A stretch of 64,000 nucleotides of DNA from assembly GCF_006345805.1 (NCBI RefSeq), contig NC_043008.1, forward strand, positions 44,082,001-44,146,000, read 5' to 3'. The DNA comes from Octopus sinensis. Lineage: Eukaryota. A program made the translations under genes and the position numbers. The stretch's first letter is position 1; every line of letters begins with the position of its first letter. The notes under the pieces were generated by a model. It was not told where the DNA came from, made no database searches, and was given only the letters and a program-made list of their open reading frames with translations. Shown piece by piece: positions 12,791 through 26,399 of this stretch.

Positions 12791-15667
12791 ACATAATAAC
12801 CACGAAGTTATCTATTCTGGTCTCTGTTTAAAAATCCGCCAGTAGTCATCTAATCTCCACTCTGTAAATGCTTCATTAGATATCGCGCTACTATCCAATT
12901 AGTTAGTTTCACTGAGATAACGCTGCTGCTATACATAGATCCTATATGCTGGACACATCTTGGTGATGTTATCCACTGATTTATAGCTTCTAGAAAGAAA
13001 GATTTTGACTTGGTATATTTCGGCTTTAAACAGTGGAAGCTACTTTGAAAGGCTTCTCTTAGAATCATGTTAAAGATTGAAATTTTGTTTAATTAGGCTC
13101 CCCTTCAGTCAATTGGTTTTCAGTAACTATAATTTGTTAAATTTAGATTATGTGTCAAAACTGCTATATTCAAATGAAAGAATACCACAAAATTAATTAT
13201 TATATCAAACCAATTATCACTCTGATCTGGATTTGAAGATATTAATCATACAATAGCTACATGGTATTTCAAGTATATCTATTTTAAAATTGACAGAAAC
13301 TTTGGCAAATATTTATGCGATAATATAATGAGTAGTTTAACATTGGGTTCTGTTTGCTTGGCACAAGGCCAATTGTTGAACCGACTGCTGTATAATTTGT
13401 TAATGTTTGTTGGCTAACAGATTTTATTTTAACGATCAATAAACGATGGAAATGCAGAGGTCTGTGTAAGGGTTGTGAAGAAACGATTAGTTGACATCAA
13501 TGGGTTTTGAAATAAGATCGCTGAACAGTCGAAAGGAAGAGGTAAATCTTATTTAGTGAGACTTTCAAAAGTTATATCCTTTACTCTTGCGCGTAAATTT
13601 CGATTCTGTTGAGTTATATTGACGAAGGCTTGCCAGGAAGACTGGAACATAATGGTTTTAAATACACATCTTCCTTTAAAACTTACATGGTTGTCAAGGT
13701 TAAAATGTCTTGGAATATAGAATTTTTTATCAAGATTAATCTGGTTCATATCTGTCTTAGCAGCTTTATAGGTCCCTGAGCAAGATAATGCACTTGTCAC
13801 TTTGGTATTTATTTATTTACAGCGAGCTATAGAATACCTCTTAGCCCAGTGTGGCCGCCGGTGAGCTGCCCAATTTATCCCTATCATCACCGATGTGGAT
13901 TAAACCAGAAGAACGATAAAACAAAACGTTAGTCATGCTGGTGTTAACTTTTTATTCAAATCTGATTGATAAAGCTGTGTCCAGTGCCAGTTATATTCAT
14001 GAGTAAGTTCCGTCATTCTTTTCATTATTCCAACAATTTAAAATAAATAGTGACTTCAGTAAACACTTGGAAAATGCACCGCATCAGGTACATTCTTAGA
14101 TCAAAGAACTTCAAGATCCTTTCAGAATTCCACCCATGCAGGAGCAGATAGAAATAAAATACTATTCCATGAAATGGAAGGATTGGCATAGCGTTGAACA
14201 ATATATATTTCGGTATTTGTTGCAGATAAAGAAGAGTAAAGAGGTTCACACTTCAAATTTCGCTGAAGCCATATTTTACTTTCAAACATTCAAAGTCGAT
14301 AAAAAAAAGTGCTGGTTTAGTGTGGTCTATTAATAAAAACGTTTGAGTGTTGAAAAAAAATAACTTTAGGTATTTAGTACGAATGTTTCTTTAAGTTATT
14401 CCTTTAAACCCTCACCGAAATCAACTTACCGTTCATTATTCAAAGAATCTAATCATCACGCATGTACATTGATCAATGCCATCTAGAATAACATCCGCTA
14501 AGTCTGAATATGTTAATATTTCGTAACGAGTCTAAAGCCTAAGAAAATGGTGTCGCTTTTGTGTTACTCTCTGAATTTCAACAACACCCGCGGCCCAATG
14601 TTTCCGCCTGCAATAAGGCGGCAAGCCGGCAGAATCGTCAGCATACCGGACAAAATTGTTAGCGGAATTTTACTCGTGTTTACTTTGAGTTCAAGATCCG
14701 CTGAGGTCGACTTTACCTTTAATCCTTTCGGAGTCGATGAAATAAGTGGAACACTCAAGCTAAAACAAATAACCAGCAATTAAACGGACTCCAATCATTG
14801 GCTACATTCAATCTTTGCAAATGCTTGTTGCTGTGGTTTCACTGCCAATTCGGCGACTAATATCCGTTCTTCACATTCAAATCTCGGGATTCTGAATTTC
14901 ACACTTCGTCCTCGGTCGGTCCATTCAATAAGGAATATCTGATTTATTGATGCGGTTTCGATTTTTGTATACTTCCGGGTTATAAAGCTTCTCCAAGTAA
15001 CTTCTCAAGAGAAATCAGTAACGCCTTCACCAACTCATCGTAATCTCATTATCTGATTTTGCTTGGAGAAATAGTTTCGAAACTTCATCTTCAGCATGGA
15101 CTTTTGTCAGCCTCCGCTGTAAAATATGTTCTAGCATTGCCCAACTCCAGCATAAGACAGCGAACTGATCGAAACAATAGCACACCTGGTGGACTGTTTA
15201 ACGGCACGGAGTCCGTGTTTACGTTCTGCTGACAAGTTTGCTCTTCATCCAGTCGGGATCGATAAATTATTTAGTATATGAGCACTGGAGATTCGATGTA
15301 ATCGATTTACCCGCTCGCTCGAACTTGCTGGCATTGTGCTAAAATTTTGAAACCATTATTTTCTCGCACAAAATAAACATCAGCGTGTTCATTATACAAG
15401 GTAGATGAGATATTACTTAAACAAACGGAAAATTTAATGGCTTTAAAATCAATTACAATTCTTTATTTGAATCTTTCGACCAACATATCACGTGGTTTCG
15501 ATAATGTTTAATCAAGTTGAACAAGTATTATATTCATGAATTAGATTCTCATATAGAAATGTCAAATATTGGTGATAACTACTTTAGAACCACTTTACGT
15601 AATATTTTATATGTTAGGCCTTATATCGAGTGGGCCAAAAGGCGCAGCAAGATATTTAACATTCTAT

Positions 15668-15670
15668 TTA

Positions 15671-15735
<65 letters not shown>

Positions 15736-15800
15736 CATCATTATTATTATTATTATTATGATTATTATTATTACTATTATTATTAATATTATTATTATTA
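15668..15800. repeat. (ATT)n microsatellite
   Basis: Direct reading. Confidence 0.97.
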
Positions 15801-15811
15801 TATAATACTTA

Positions 15812-16233
15812 GGGCGGCTAGCTGGCTGAATCGTTAGCACACCGGGCGAAATGCTTAGCGGTATTTCGTCTGCTGTTACGTTCTGAGTTCAAATTCCGCC
15901 GAGGTCGACTTTGCCTTTCATCCTTTCGGGGTCAATTAAATAAGTACCAGTTGCGCACTGGGATCCATATAATCGACTCAATCCGTTTGTCTGTACTTGT
16001 TTGTCTCCTCTGTGTGTAGCCCTCGTGGGGAGTAAAGAAATAGGTATTTCGTCTGCCGTTACGTTCTGAGTTCAAATACCACCGAGGTTGACTTTGCCGT
16101 TCATCCTTTCGGGGTCGATTAAACAAGTACCAGTTGCGCACTGGCATCGATCTAATCGATTTAATCCCTTTCTCTGTCCTTGTTTCTCCCTTCTGTGTTT
16201 AGCCTTTTGTGTGCAATAAAGAAATTAATAATA
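15812..16233 (+). mobile_element. SINE family A dimer with 10 bp TSD
   Basis: TSD ATAATACTTA at 15802-15811 and 16234-16243. Internal junction AAAGAAAT|AGGTATTTCG. Confidence 0.9.
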
Positions 16234-16602
16234 ATAATACTTAATATAACTCTTGATCACTGTAACAGATCTCAATCTCCCCCTCTCTCCCCCTCTCTCT
16301 CTGTCCTCCTTTCTGTCTTTCGAATATATTTCTAATAATCCATAACATCTATTCCATATCAGAATTTTGCGTATTCTCAAGGAGGAAAACCAATTTTTTC
16401 CATATCTTTTGAAAATATCTAAAATTTACGTTTGTTATTTTAGCAACAATATGTGGTTAGATTTATGGATATATACGAAGATGAATATGAGAGATTTTAT
16501 GGAGGTTCAAGGGTTTCTATGTGTGTTTCTAATAATCTGTATTATAGTAGTTATACTGATAATAATAATAATACTAATACTCATAGTTTTCTTCCATATC
16601 AC

Positions 16603-17030
16603 TTTACTCTTTTACTTGTTTCATTCATTTGACTGTGGTCATGCTGGAGCACCGCGTTTAGTCGAGCAACTCGACCCCAGGACTTATTCTTTGCAAACCT
16701 AGTACTTATTCTATCGGCCCCTTTTGCCGAGCCGCTAATGTTACGGCGACTTAAACACACCAGCATTTGTTGTCAAGCGATGTTGAGGGGACACACAAAC
16801 ACACACACACAGACAGACAGACACACACACACACACGCACAGACACACATATATATATATACATATATACGAAGGGCTTCTTTCAGTTTCCGTCCATCAA
16901 ATCCACTCACAAGGCTTTGGTCGGCCTGAGGTTATAGTAGAAGACACTGGACCAAGGTGCCACGCAGTGTGACTGAAACCGGCACCATGTGGTTCGTAAG
17001 CAAACTACTTACCACAGAGCCACTCCCGCT
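16603..17030 (-). mobile_element. SINE family B, full length
   Basis: Reverse complement aligns to 55910-56325, including the central microsatellite. Confidence 0.9.
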
Positions 17031-18099
17031 AGATCATGTAATAATCTCGATAATAATTCCTCTATATCGAAATAGTAAAACGTCTAATCGTTGTAAATTT
17101 GAAAATCAACAGCCTAAGGGAGGTAGATATACTGCCGCACTCTTTTCCTGTAAAAATAAAAGAACTTCACTGTTTCTAATGAGAAATCCCCCTCTAAATC
17201 GCATGATCCTAGTAAAACAATTTGTTTCATTATTCCATACGGAAAGGAAATTAAAACTAACTTTCCTTACCTGTTTCATGAAAGCAATGAAAGAGGCCAC
17301 TCTATTTTCAACTCACATCGTATCAGAATTGGTTTCTCCAACGCTAATAATCTCCTACAAATTATATCCTCGCATAACAACTATATTCTTAACAGTAAAA
17401 GGATTTTGCTTAATAACTGTAATAATATTAATAATGATAGTCACTCCTTAAATGATAACATCAATCGTAATATTACTTGTAATTGTGGTCCGAATAAAAC
17501 TGGCGTTCTCAACAGAGATTGCAAAATTAAAAATGCTGTTAATCAATGTAAAATTTCTTCGGGAACTAAAGAGTAGTTTTAGGTTGGTATATCATCCACA
17601 GAAAAAAATACATATCCAAACATTTTTCTACATTAAAAAATATTAATAAACGTAATACTACAGGTCTCAGTAAACAAATTTGGTATTTCAAAGACTGTAA
17701 TAAACAGTTTTCTATGGATTGCAAAATTTTGTCAAGATCCTTTCCGTATGATAAAGGGAAATCCTTTTACCATCTTTGTACGAATTAACAACTCTTTATC
17801 CGTTTTTTCCAAACACATTCGTCAACACCTATGATGAGCGTGTTTACATGTGTTTACATTGGAAAAAAACACACTTTCAGCTATTTCAAATATTTGCCCC
17901 CTTATCCAACAATATCTACAACTTTCACTTTATTCCACCCCCTATGCATCCGAATCTTTTTATATCATTTCTATCCATTTGTCATTCACCTTCTATTTGT
18001 TTATATCTCAATTATTCCTTTAATTCTCCTTCCCTCTACCTTCTCTTCTTCTCTCGTCCTACGACATTAAATTCTTAACGCTACTTTAAAATTATTATA

Positions 18100-18255
18100 T
18101 CGACGCCAGTGCGTAACTGGTACTTTATTTATCGATCCCGACTGGATGAAAGGCAAAGTCGACCTCGGCGGAATTTGAACGCTGACTGTAGCGGCAGACG
18201 AAATATTGCTAAGCATTACGCCTGGCGTGCTAACGATTCAGCCAGCTCGCCGCCT
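18100..18255 (-). mobile_element. SINE family A
   Basis: GTACTTTATTTATCGATCCCGACTGGATGAAAGGCAAAGTCGACCTCGGCGGAATTTGAA...GCCAGCTCGCCGCC. Confidence 0.88.
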
Positions 18256-18375
18256 TTCCCTGCCTTAATGATAACAACAATAATAATAATGGTTTCAAAT
18301 TTTGCCACAAGGGCAGCATTTTGGGGGAGAAGATGAGACGACTACGTCGAACCGACTGTTCAACTTGTACTTATT

Positions 18376-18520
18376 TTTATTATTTACATTATTTACATTT
18401 GACGGATATTTGTCCTTTGTTGTTAACACAACGTTTCGTTTGATATACGCTCCAGTCTTCATCAGGTGTCTTGGGGAAATTTCGAACCTACGTTCTTATT
18501 CCTGAGGTAATTTGTGATAT
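18376..18520 (-). mobile_element. Penelope-like element (PLE) terminal repeat, type 1
   Basis: Minus strand GACAC-CTGATGA-AGACTGGAGCGTATATCAAAC-GAAACGT-T-GTGTT, abutting the (ATT)n array at 18520-18725. Confidence 0.7.
18425..18470 (-). ncRNA. minimal type I hammerhead ribozyme motif (stem II degraded)
   Basis: Intact CUGAUGA and GAAA, palindromic ACGU stem III, GUU triplet, stem I GACAC/GUGUU. Stem II GACUG/CAAAC has two mismatches. Confidence 0.65.
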
Positions 18521-18566
18521 CATTATTATTATTATTATTTTTATTATTATTATATTATTATTATTA

Positions 18567-18621
<55 letters not shown>

Positions 18622-18623
18622 TT

Positions 18624-18654
<31 letters not shown>

Positions 18655-18659
18655 TTATA

Positions 18660-18691
<32 letters not shown>

Positions 18692-21600
18692 GTTATTATT
18701 ATTAATATTATTATTATTATTAGTATTATGGAGGTCAAGAAAGTATGAAATGCAACGTCGACTTTGGTGGAATTTGAACTAAGAACGTCAAGACGGACGA
18801 AATGCCGCTAAGCATTTCGCCCGTTGTCCTAACGATTCTGCAAACACATACACACACACACAGAGGCATAATTGCATAAGACAAACATAGGGCGCACTCC
18901 TATAGGGATTCCGTCTACCATATAAAATAACAATGCACTGGTAAGCCCGGGTAAGAAACACTTGCCTAAGGTATTGCACAGGCAGGCTCTACTTGGAAGC
19001 ATATGTTTGCAATGCAAAATATTTAACCAAAAGACCATGCTTGCGATCAAAAAAAGAAAAAAAGAAAGAAGCATATAGCTAATTTAGACAATTTACAATA
19101 AATTTGAATCAATAAATATTCGTAATGATCTTTAATATTCATCGAATATTTCAAATATTGATTCCTGCGCCATTTTCAATGAAGAAATTATTGACTCTCT
19201 TATATATTGATATAACGTTTATTCAAAATTCCAATTCCAGTTTCTCTGGATGGAAATTAATTGCAATATAAATACATAAGTTGATCTGTAAACAGGCAGA
19301 GTATAGACGTAGAAAATATCAAAACATATTCGCACAATGCTTCCGAACAATTATTCTCTCTCTCTCTTTCTGACTACTTTCAACTTAGCTTATTATATAT
19401 TTTGTGTGTAACATAGTGGCTTGCGTTATAATAACGGTTGTTATTTGGCTGGGGGTTTCGTTAATCCAAGTTCATCTCCGATCAATGAGTCCTATTGTTA
19501 AAATACATTAAATCCATATGACCATCACGCCTTTGCATTCTTCCATCTTTTCTATTTCAATCACACTGTATTGGGATTACGGACTTCAACGTATCTCTTT
19601 TATTAAAAAAACATAGCATGTGATTTGAGAGAGATTTGGTAGAATTTCTCGCATCTTGTTCCCTCCCCAGCTTTTATACCAACTTGTTGCACTCATTACT
19701 CGCTTACCCCACTTTTTATCGGGGGCGTTCACCTGGCAACCCAAACCTGTACGATCTCTATTCAATACACACACACACACACACACAGATGCATATGAAT
19801 ATAGAAACCAATGTAAATAGCTTCTATAGGTAATAAAATACTTTATCCATTCAAAACTATTGTTTACCTTCGAATAAAGTTATATAAGAACATCGTTTTC
19901 CTGAATTTCATCCGATTGCACACACGCGCACACAAAGACACACACACGCACACACACACATGCCTAGAGTGTGGTGTTGTTTTTCTTTCTGTAACTATAT
20001 ACCCATTATTCAATTGTCTATTTCTGTTTTTTTTTTATAAATCACTGCTTATTAAACGGTTATTACAATATGATCTCGTATTTTGACGTACGTAAATCAC
20101 ATTGCCGACAATATCATCCAGATCGGGGAAACACCTTAAGTGATACTAATCTCTCTCTCCCTCTCTGTCACTGTATTCCTCTCTTTCTCTCATGAGACCA
20201 ACTTATAGGCATTTTTAGCTCCTCTATTAAAAACCAATTTATTGCTAGATATTAGCTCTTTGATTGACAACCCTGATTATAATTTGAAATATTTCAGTTT
20301 CAATTCCATTCAAAGTTTATATTTGGCGTTGCTATATAAAGACGGGCGTATGGTATGAACAGGAATTATCTGATAACGGAGGAAGATAATGGTTGGGTGA
20401 AGGGTGTTGCGATAACATCTAAAGTTATCGCAGAGATCTCATCGATCTGCGCGAACTGAATTCTGCTAAGTAATCGCTTACGGTTGATTTACCATTTTAT
20501 AGAATCGAAAGAATTCAATACATGCTATCTTTCATGAAGTGTTTTTTGTTTTCATTTCTGCATCCAGGAGATTAAGATAGGTCATAAAGCAAAATAAGAA
20601 CTGCTAGGAAGACATGTTTTTTGTAATGTTTCGAAGACTTTGTTATTCCTAAAATGAACTTTTGTCTCTTCCTATTGTAGCAGTTTAGTCTGAAAAGAAT
20701 CCATATTGTTTTCTTCATTCTAAAAATATGAAACAAACGCTTTCGCCGAGTCTGCAAAAATCACTTTGAAATAGAAAAACCCTACTTCTGAAATATTCCT
20801 TCCTGCTGAATTCTCATTTTAAATTTGTTATATACTCTGTATAGTTCTTATCAAAAGAATATATTAATTATTTTACATTGCATAACAAAATTATTCGGTG
20901 GTCTTTCGTCTCTTGGTCCCTAGAGTTTCAGGGGAAACAATTGAATGATCTGTCTTGGGAGTTTTCCAAAGAGTATAGGGGACAAATGTGATATACCTCA
21001 GTTCAATACAGATAATGAAAGGGCTTTGGCGAATCATTCGATATTAATGAAATTGCAACGGGATCCTTTGAGTCTAAGAAGTATCATATATAAATAAATG
21101 GAAAATACATTTGATTGAGCAGTCATAGGTGGTGAAGGTTTGAAAACACAGAACTCACACAGAAATGACTTGTTGGAACTGACCTGAGGTTAAAGAAAAT
21201 GACATTTGAAACTAGATGTGGAACCTGACCAAAGAATATACGAATATTTGTCTCTCATTTGGGAAGCATATCTAGATGTCAAGGTAGTTATTTGAACTCA
21301 CGTTGGTTCTGAGTGAACATATCTACTTAAAACTGCGTTCTATTCATGACGTCTTCATTATTTTAAGACTGTGTCTCCAGGACAGCATTAAACCAATGCA
21401 TCTTTCCAGTTTCAAGACAGTTGTATACAATTTAAGGCATATCTGGTTATTAATAATATCATAGCGTATGATGGCGTATAATTGGTATTTTCCGTAGATC
21501 TGAGGAATAGAAACAGCAATTGAGAAATTCTTTGACTACGAGTTTCAATTCGAAAGTATTTCCATAAGCTACAACTATCTGGTTGTGTCTCGTACATCAA

Positions 21601-22017
21601 TAATTGTTACATGTCCTACGATTCATCTTATAAACAATTTCCCATGTCTGCATTTAGCAATCCGGTTGCTTGCTTTAACATAGTTACGTCACCCTATGTG
21701 CAGCATTCAATGGTACGTTTTATAACTTTCAAGGTATGGACAGATAATGGACGGATAGGTGGACAGATGGAGGTATAAATAGGTAGATAGATTTATAGCT
21801 ATATGTTTATACACAAACACACACACATACATAAAAAGAGATCGGGAGAGAGAGAGAGAGAGGGAGGGAAGGAGAAAGAGTAGAAGCAGTGAGAAAAGTA
21901 GTTAGATATATAGCTAAACAGGAAGATAAATCGTTAGGTGAGAAAATAGATGTGTGTATAGATGGATGGATTGGTAGATGGTTAAATAGATTGACAGAAA
22001 TAAAAATAAAAATATAG

Positions 22018-22018
22018 T

Positions 22019-22101
<83 letters not shown>

Positions 22102-22152
22102 GTAGACAGATTGAAAGAGAGAGACAGATAAACTATAGCTAGACAGACAGAC

Positions 22153-22203
<51 letters not shown>

Positions 22204-22230
22204 TAGATAGATAGATAGACAGATATATAT

Positions 22231-22274
<44 letters not shown>

Positions 22275-22331
22275 TAGATTGATAGATAGATAGACAGATA
22301 TATATATATATATATATATAGATAGATAGAT

Positions 22332-22394
<63 letters not shown>

Positions 22395-22413
22395 GATAGA
22401 TAGATAGATAGAC

Positions 22414-22460
<47 letters not shown>

Positions 22461-22509
22461 TAGATAGATAGATAGACAGATATATCTATATATATATATA
22501 TATATATAT

Positions 22510-22590
<81 letters not shown>
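22018..22590. repeat. compound (GATA)n/(GACA)n/(AT)n/(AG)n array
   Basis: Direct reading; the module AGACAG-(AT)n-(AG/GATA)n recurs about 5 times. Confidence 0.97.
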
Positions 22591-23246
22591 TTCATGCACT
22601 TGAAGTGATGCAATTCAGAAGCATTTTCTTGGTAAAATCTTTTCAACTCATATTAACCGCATTTCTGATGAATATTTATTCGTTATTCTTCCTTCTGTAA
22701 TCTTTCTTTCATCCAAGTAGTTATTGGTTTCAGGAGGAAAATATCAATAGTTATTGTTTCTCTTCGTATTTGTCGGTTTTAGTTTCGTTACTATCATTTT
22801 TATTACGTTATATTTAATTATAATTGTATTAACACTAATTTTGTAATAGATTTCCTACAAAGTATTACGTAAGCAATAACTAAATTTGATGCACCCTAAA
22901 GGTACTCTAACTCGTTATATACTTTAGACTCCATGCTATGACAAATTTAAGTTTTACCTAAATACAACAGAAATATATTTTTAGTCGTAACGTATCTTGT
23001 TTTCATTGTCTAATAAACTTTAGACGTTCCTATGTCATCTATTATTATTTGAAGACGAATATTTTTCTACAAACTTAATAGTGCTTCATCTATAGCTGTA
23101 TAACTTGTTTTTAGATTAAAGTTCAACCAAAGACCTAAGTTCAAGATTTTGAACTCAGAATAAAATGTTAGAATAAATACTACTAGGCTGTTTTTCGGCG
23201 CAGCAACGATTCTATCAGACCGCCGCCGTATATATGCCTCATATTA

Positions 23247-23868
23247 GTTTAAAACTGTGACACAAGGCCAGCTAGTATGGGGTGAGGGATAAGTCAGTTA
23301 CATCGACCGTAGTGCTGAGAATGGTAATTATTTTATCGACCCTAAAATGATGAAAAGACAAAGTCGACCTCAACGGAATTTGAACTCAGATCGCAAAAAC
23401 AAGGGGAACGTTGTAAAGCATTTTACTTAGTGTTCTAACGATTCTTATTTCTTTACTACCCACAAGGGGCTAAAAGCAGAGGGGACAAACAAGGACAGAC
23501 AGACGTATTAAGTCAATTATATCGACCCTAGTGCGTAACTGGTACTTAATTTATCGACCCCGAAAGGATGAAAGGCAAAGTCGACCTCGGCGGAATTTGA
23601 ACTCAGACCGTAGCGGCAGAGGAAATACCTATTTCTTTACTACTCACAAGGGGCTAAACACAGAGGGTACAAACAAGGACAGACAAACGGATTGAGTCGA
23701 TTATATCGATCCCACTGCGTAACTGGTACTTAATCTATAGACCTCGAAAGGCTGAAGGGCAAAGTCGAACTCGGCGGAATTTGAACTCAGAACGTAGCGG
23801 CAGACGAAATACGGCTACGAATTTCGCCCGGTGTGCTAACGATTCTGCCAGCTTGCCGCCTTTTCCAC
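23247..23868 (-). mobile_element. SINE family A trimer with 13 bp TSD
   Basis: TSD ATGCCTCATATTA at 23234-23246 and 23869-23881. Two tail-1 units followed by an older-tail unit. Confidence 0.88.
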
Positions 23869-24583
23869 ATGCCTCATATTAATTGCCAATCAGAGATGCC
23901 TCCTCCTATTAGACAATCACACAGTACACTGGCCAGCGTATTGTCTATCTATTACGCTAAGTGTTTCGGCTCTAGTTTATCGACAGTCATTAATCTTAAT
24001 TAAATCAAACACGAAGACTGACCTTTGTGAAAAATATCTTATTTTTGCTCCAATACCGCCATGATTAATATGAAATTCTTCCTGATTCTTGAAAGACGAT
24101 TATCTTCGGAATTTATCTTCTCGATTATCTGAATTTACACTAATCCGCTTATCAAATATAATTTTATTATTGCATTTCTCCACATTATTTGTACGGAAGA
24201 ACATCTTTAGCATTTTTCGCTTTCTCGGGTCACAATCAGGATTTAACATTATTATATAGGACACACATGATAAAAGACGGGTGGAATTGATGGACATAAT
24301 GCCTTGTCGTGTACACTTGCGCATCTTTATGTTCTGATTTCGAAACCTGCAAAGGTCAACTTTAATCTCCTGAGATTAATAAATTGAGTATCATTGAAAT
24401 ATTTAATACAATAAAATCGATTATAGTTCGCTGGAAATATTAGGCACTATATCTATGTTGGTAACTAATTTTCATGATATTCTTCGATGGTTTCACAAAA
24501 AGCAGATGCTATGGAATACCATGCAACTCAAACCAATAAGAAGCTTTAAAATTCAATCAAAATCTACAAATTGATATATTATA

Positions 24584-24969
24584 TCTATATATATAAAGCT
24601 GAAGTTGTCTGTGTATGGCAGGTTTGGTAGCCTTCAACTAACACTATCTCTTCCGAGACCCTGCGGTGCAAGTTGACGAAAATTGAGAGTATGATAGAAG
24701 AAGGCTTGCTCTTCCTTCCGTATAAGAGAAAATTCAAATTGGACCATGTTAACACCAAAAATTATTTACATCAAAAAGGTGCTTTCTTTCTATGAAAATC
24801 CCTATTTTTATGATTTTTTGACTGTGTCGCCATTTTTCGGTGTATTTCAACCAGAAAAATGTTCACTTAAAGAGAATAACAAGCTACACAATGCAAAATT
24901 TTTACTTTTCAAAAATTCTAATTTTAAAGGGTCGAAACAAACCCGAGCAACGCCGGGCGATACTGCTAG
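24584..24969 (+). mobile_element. non-autonomous Helitron
   Basis: A|TCTATATATATAAAG start and CCCGAGCAACGCCGGGCGATACTGCTAG end, identical to the 3' end of 5401-5793. Confidence 0.85.
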
Positions 24970-25700
24970 ATTAAATCTAAAATTCTCCAAAAACAAAGCC
25001 GAGGATAAAAAACGGGATTCATTTATTTTTTAGCAATAAACAGTTGTTCGAATTCGTTTCGGCACTCTGCGTTTTGTGTTTAATCTTTCCGAGGTCATCT
25101 TCGTCTGTTAACCCTCCGAAGTCGATACAATAAAGTAAGAGTGGTGTATTCATGCCTAACGTGTTAGATAACTCGATCCACGCAGAACTGCAGACATTGT
25201 GGTTAGATAAGTAGTAATTATAATTTACAGTGGCAATCACCTCGTTATCTAACTTTATCAATGACGCCCCTTCAATTATTCATTGTAGTGGAGAAATCGC
25301 AAAGGGGGAGTTGACTGAAATGACGGAAGATGGAGTTGACTGAAATGACGGAAGGCAGTCATTTTCCTTCTTGGCCACAGCGTCATTAATTTTTTTAAAG
25401 ATTTGCATGGAAAAGAAGTTGTGAGTGGACAGGTGAGCGCGTGCCACATCATAACATTTGTTTAAAGGTGGGTGAGAATACTTTATTCTGAGAATATTCC
25501 TGCAAGACAAGAAACCGCAGATACCAAAGGCTACTTCTCTTTTATGCAAAGCAAGTTTGTAGGCTTCATTGATTAACCTCTAATAGATGACTCTGGCCCC
25601 TATTGGGAATTTTATTTTGGCATTATATTTTGATGGTTGTTTTGTTTTTAAACGTTTGCTATGAAATTCACTCAAATTGTTAATTTTGTGCATGTATGTA

Positions 25701-25731
<31 letters not shown>

Positions 25732-26399
25732 CGGTGCATGCGTCTGTGTACACAAGACACACTGTCCATGTTCTCAGCATTTGGTCCAGTGGCATATCTA
25801 TGATGTGACTGCTGGAAGAATTAAGAATGCCACCAGAATTGGCTGGCACTCATTATGAGGTAAACTCGCTGAAGCAACGTGAAATAAATTACCCTCTTCA
25901 ATGATAAACCTGGACAGGGAATTCAACCAGTGATTTAATAATCATGCGTCGTATAATTAAGAGTCAACCGTCCTAAAAACTACTCTGCGCATCTTCCAAC
26001 GGGAAAGAATAAAATCTTGATTTTTCCGCTGTCATTGGATACATTTTGTTTTACAAAACATTGACGTGTTGACATGAAGCAGGCACTTCATCACGCCTTC
26101 CTTGGGATAGTAAAGAATCTAGACAAAATACAGCAAAGAAGGTTTCCCCAGTCATAAACGGTTCTGTCGACCCACTGACCTCTACAGCTAGGCTATTGTA
26201 GCAAAGTGTTAAGGGGCAAAGGTTATGCTAATAGGATTTGAAATTTGAGCACAAAGAATCGGAACAACAAAGAATCGGAACAAATGCTAGAATGCTCTAA
26301 CAGTTCTACCAACGAGAGTTTAACATAATGAAGATGGTATCACGATACATAATTATCGTAATGCTGTCCTCTTTCGCTTGTATCATTGTAGCCATCGTC

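Larger units (their letters stand above)
18285..18840 (-). mobile_element. older SINE family A copy split by a Penelope-like repeat and (ATT)n
   Basis: 5' part at about 18730-18840 and tail at about 18285-18375, with the insert between them. Confidence 0.65.

Noticed and set aside
12034-12831. 265 aa ORF and poly-Q minus-strand ORF
   Set aside because: Low-complexity TTC/TTG tract with no domain similarity.
25307-25354. 23 bp direct repeat x2 (also short duplications at ~5284 and ~26262)
   Set aside because: Only two copies with a 2 bp spacer; slippage duplication, not a CRISPR array.
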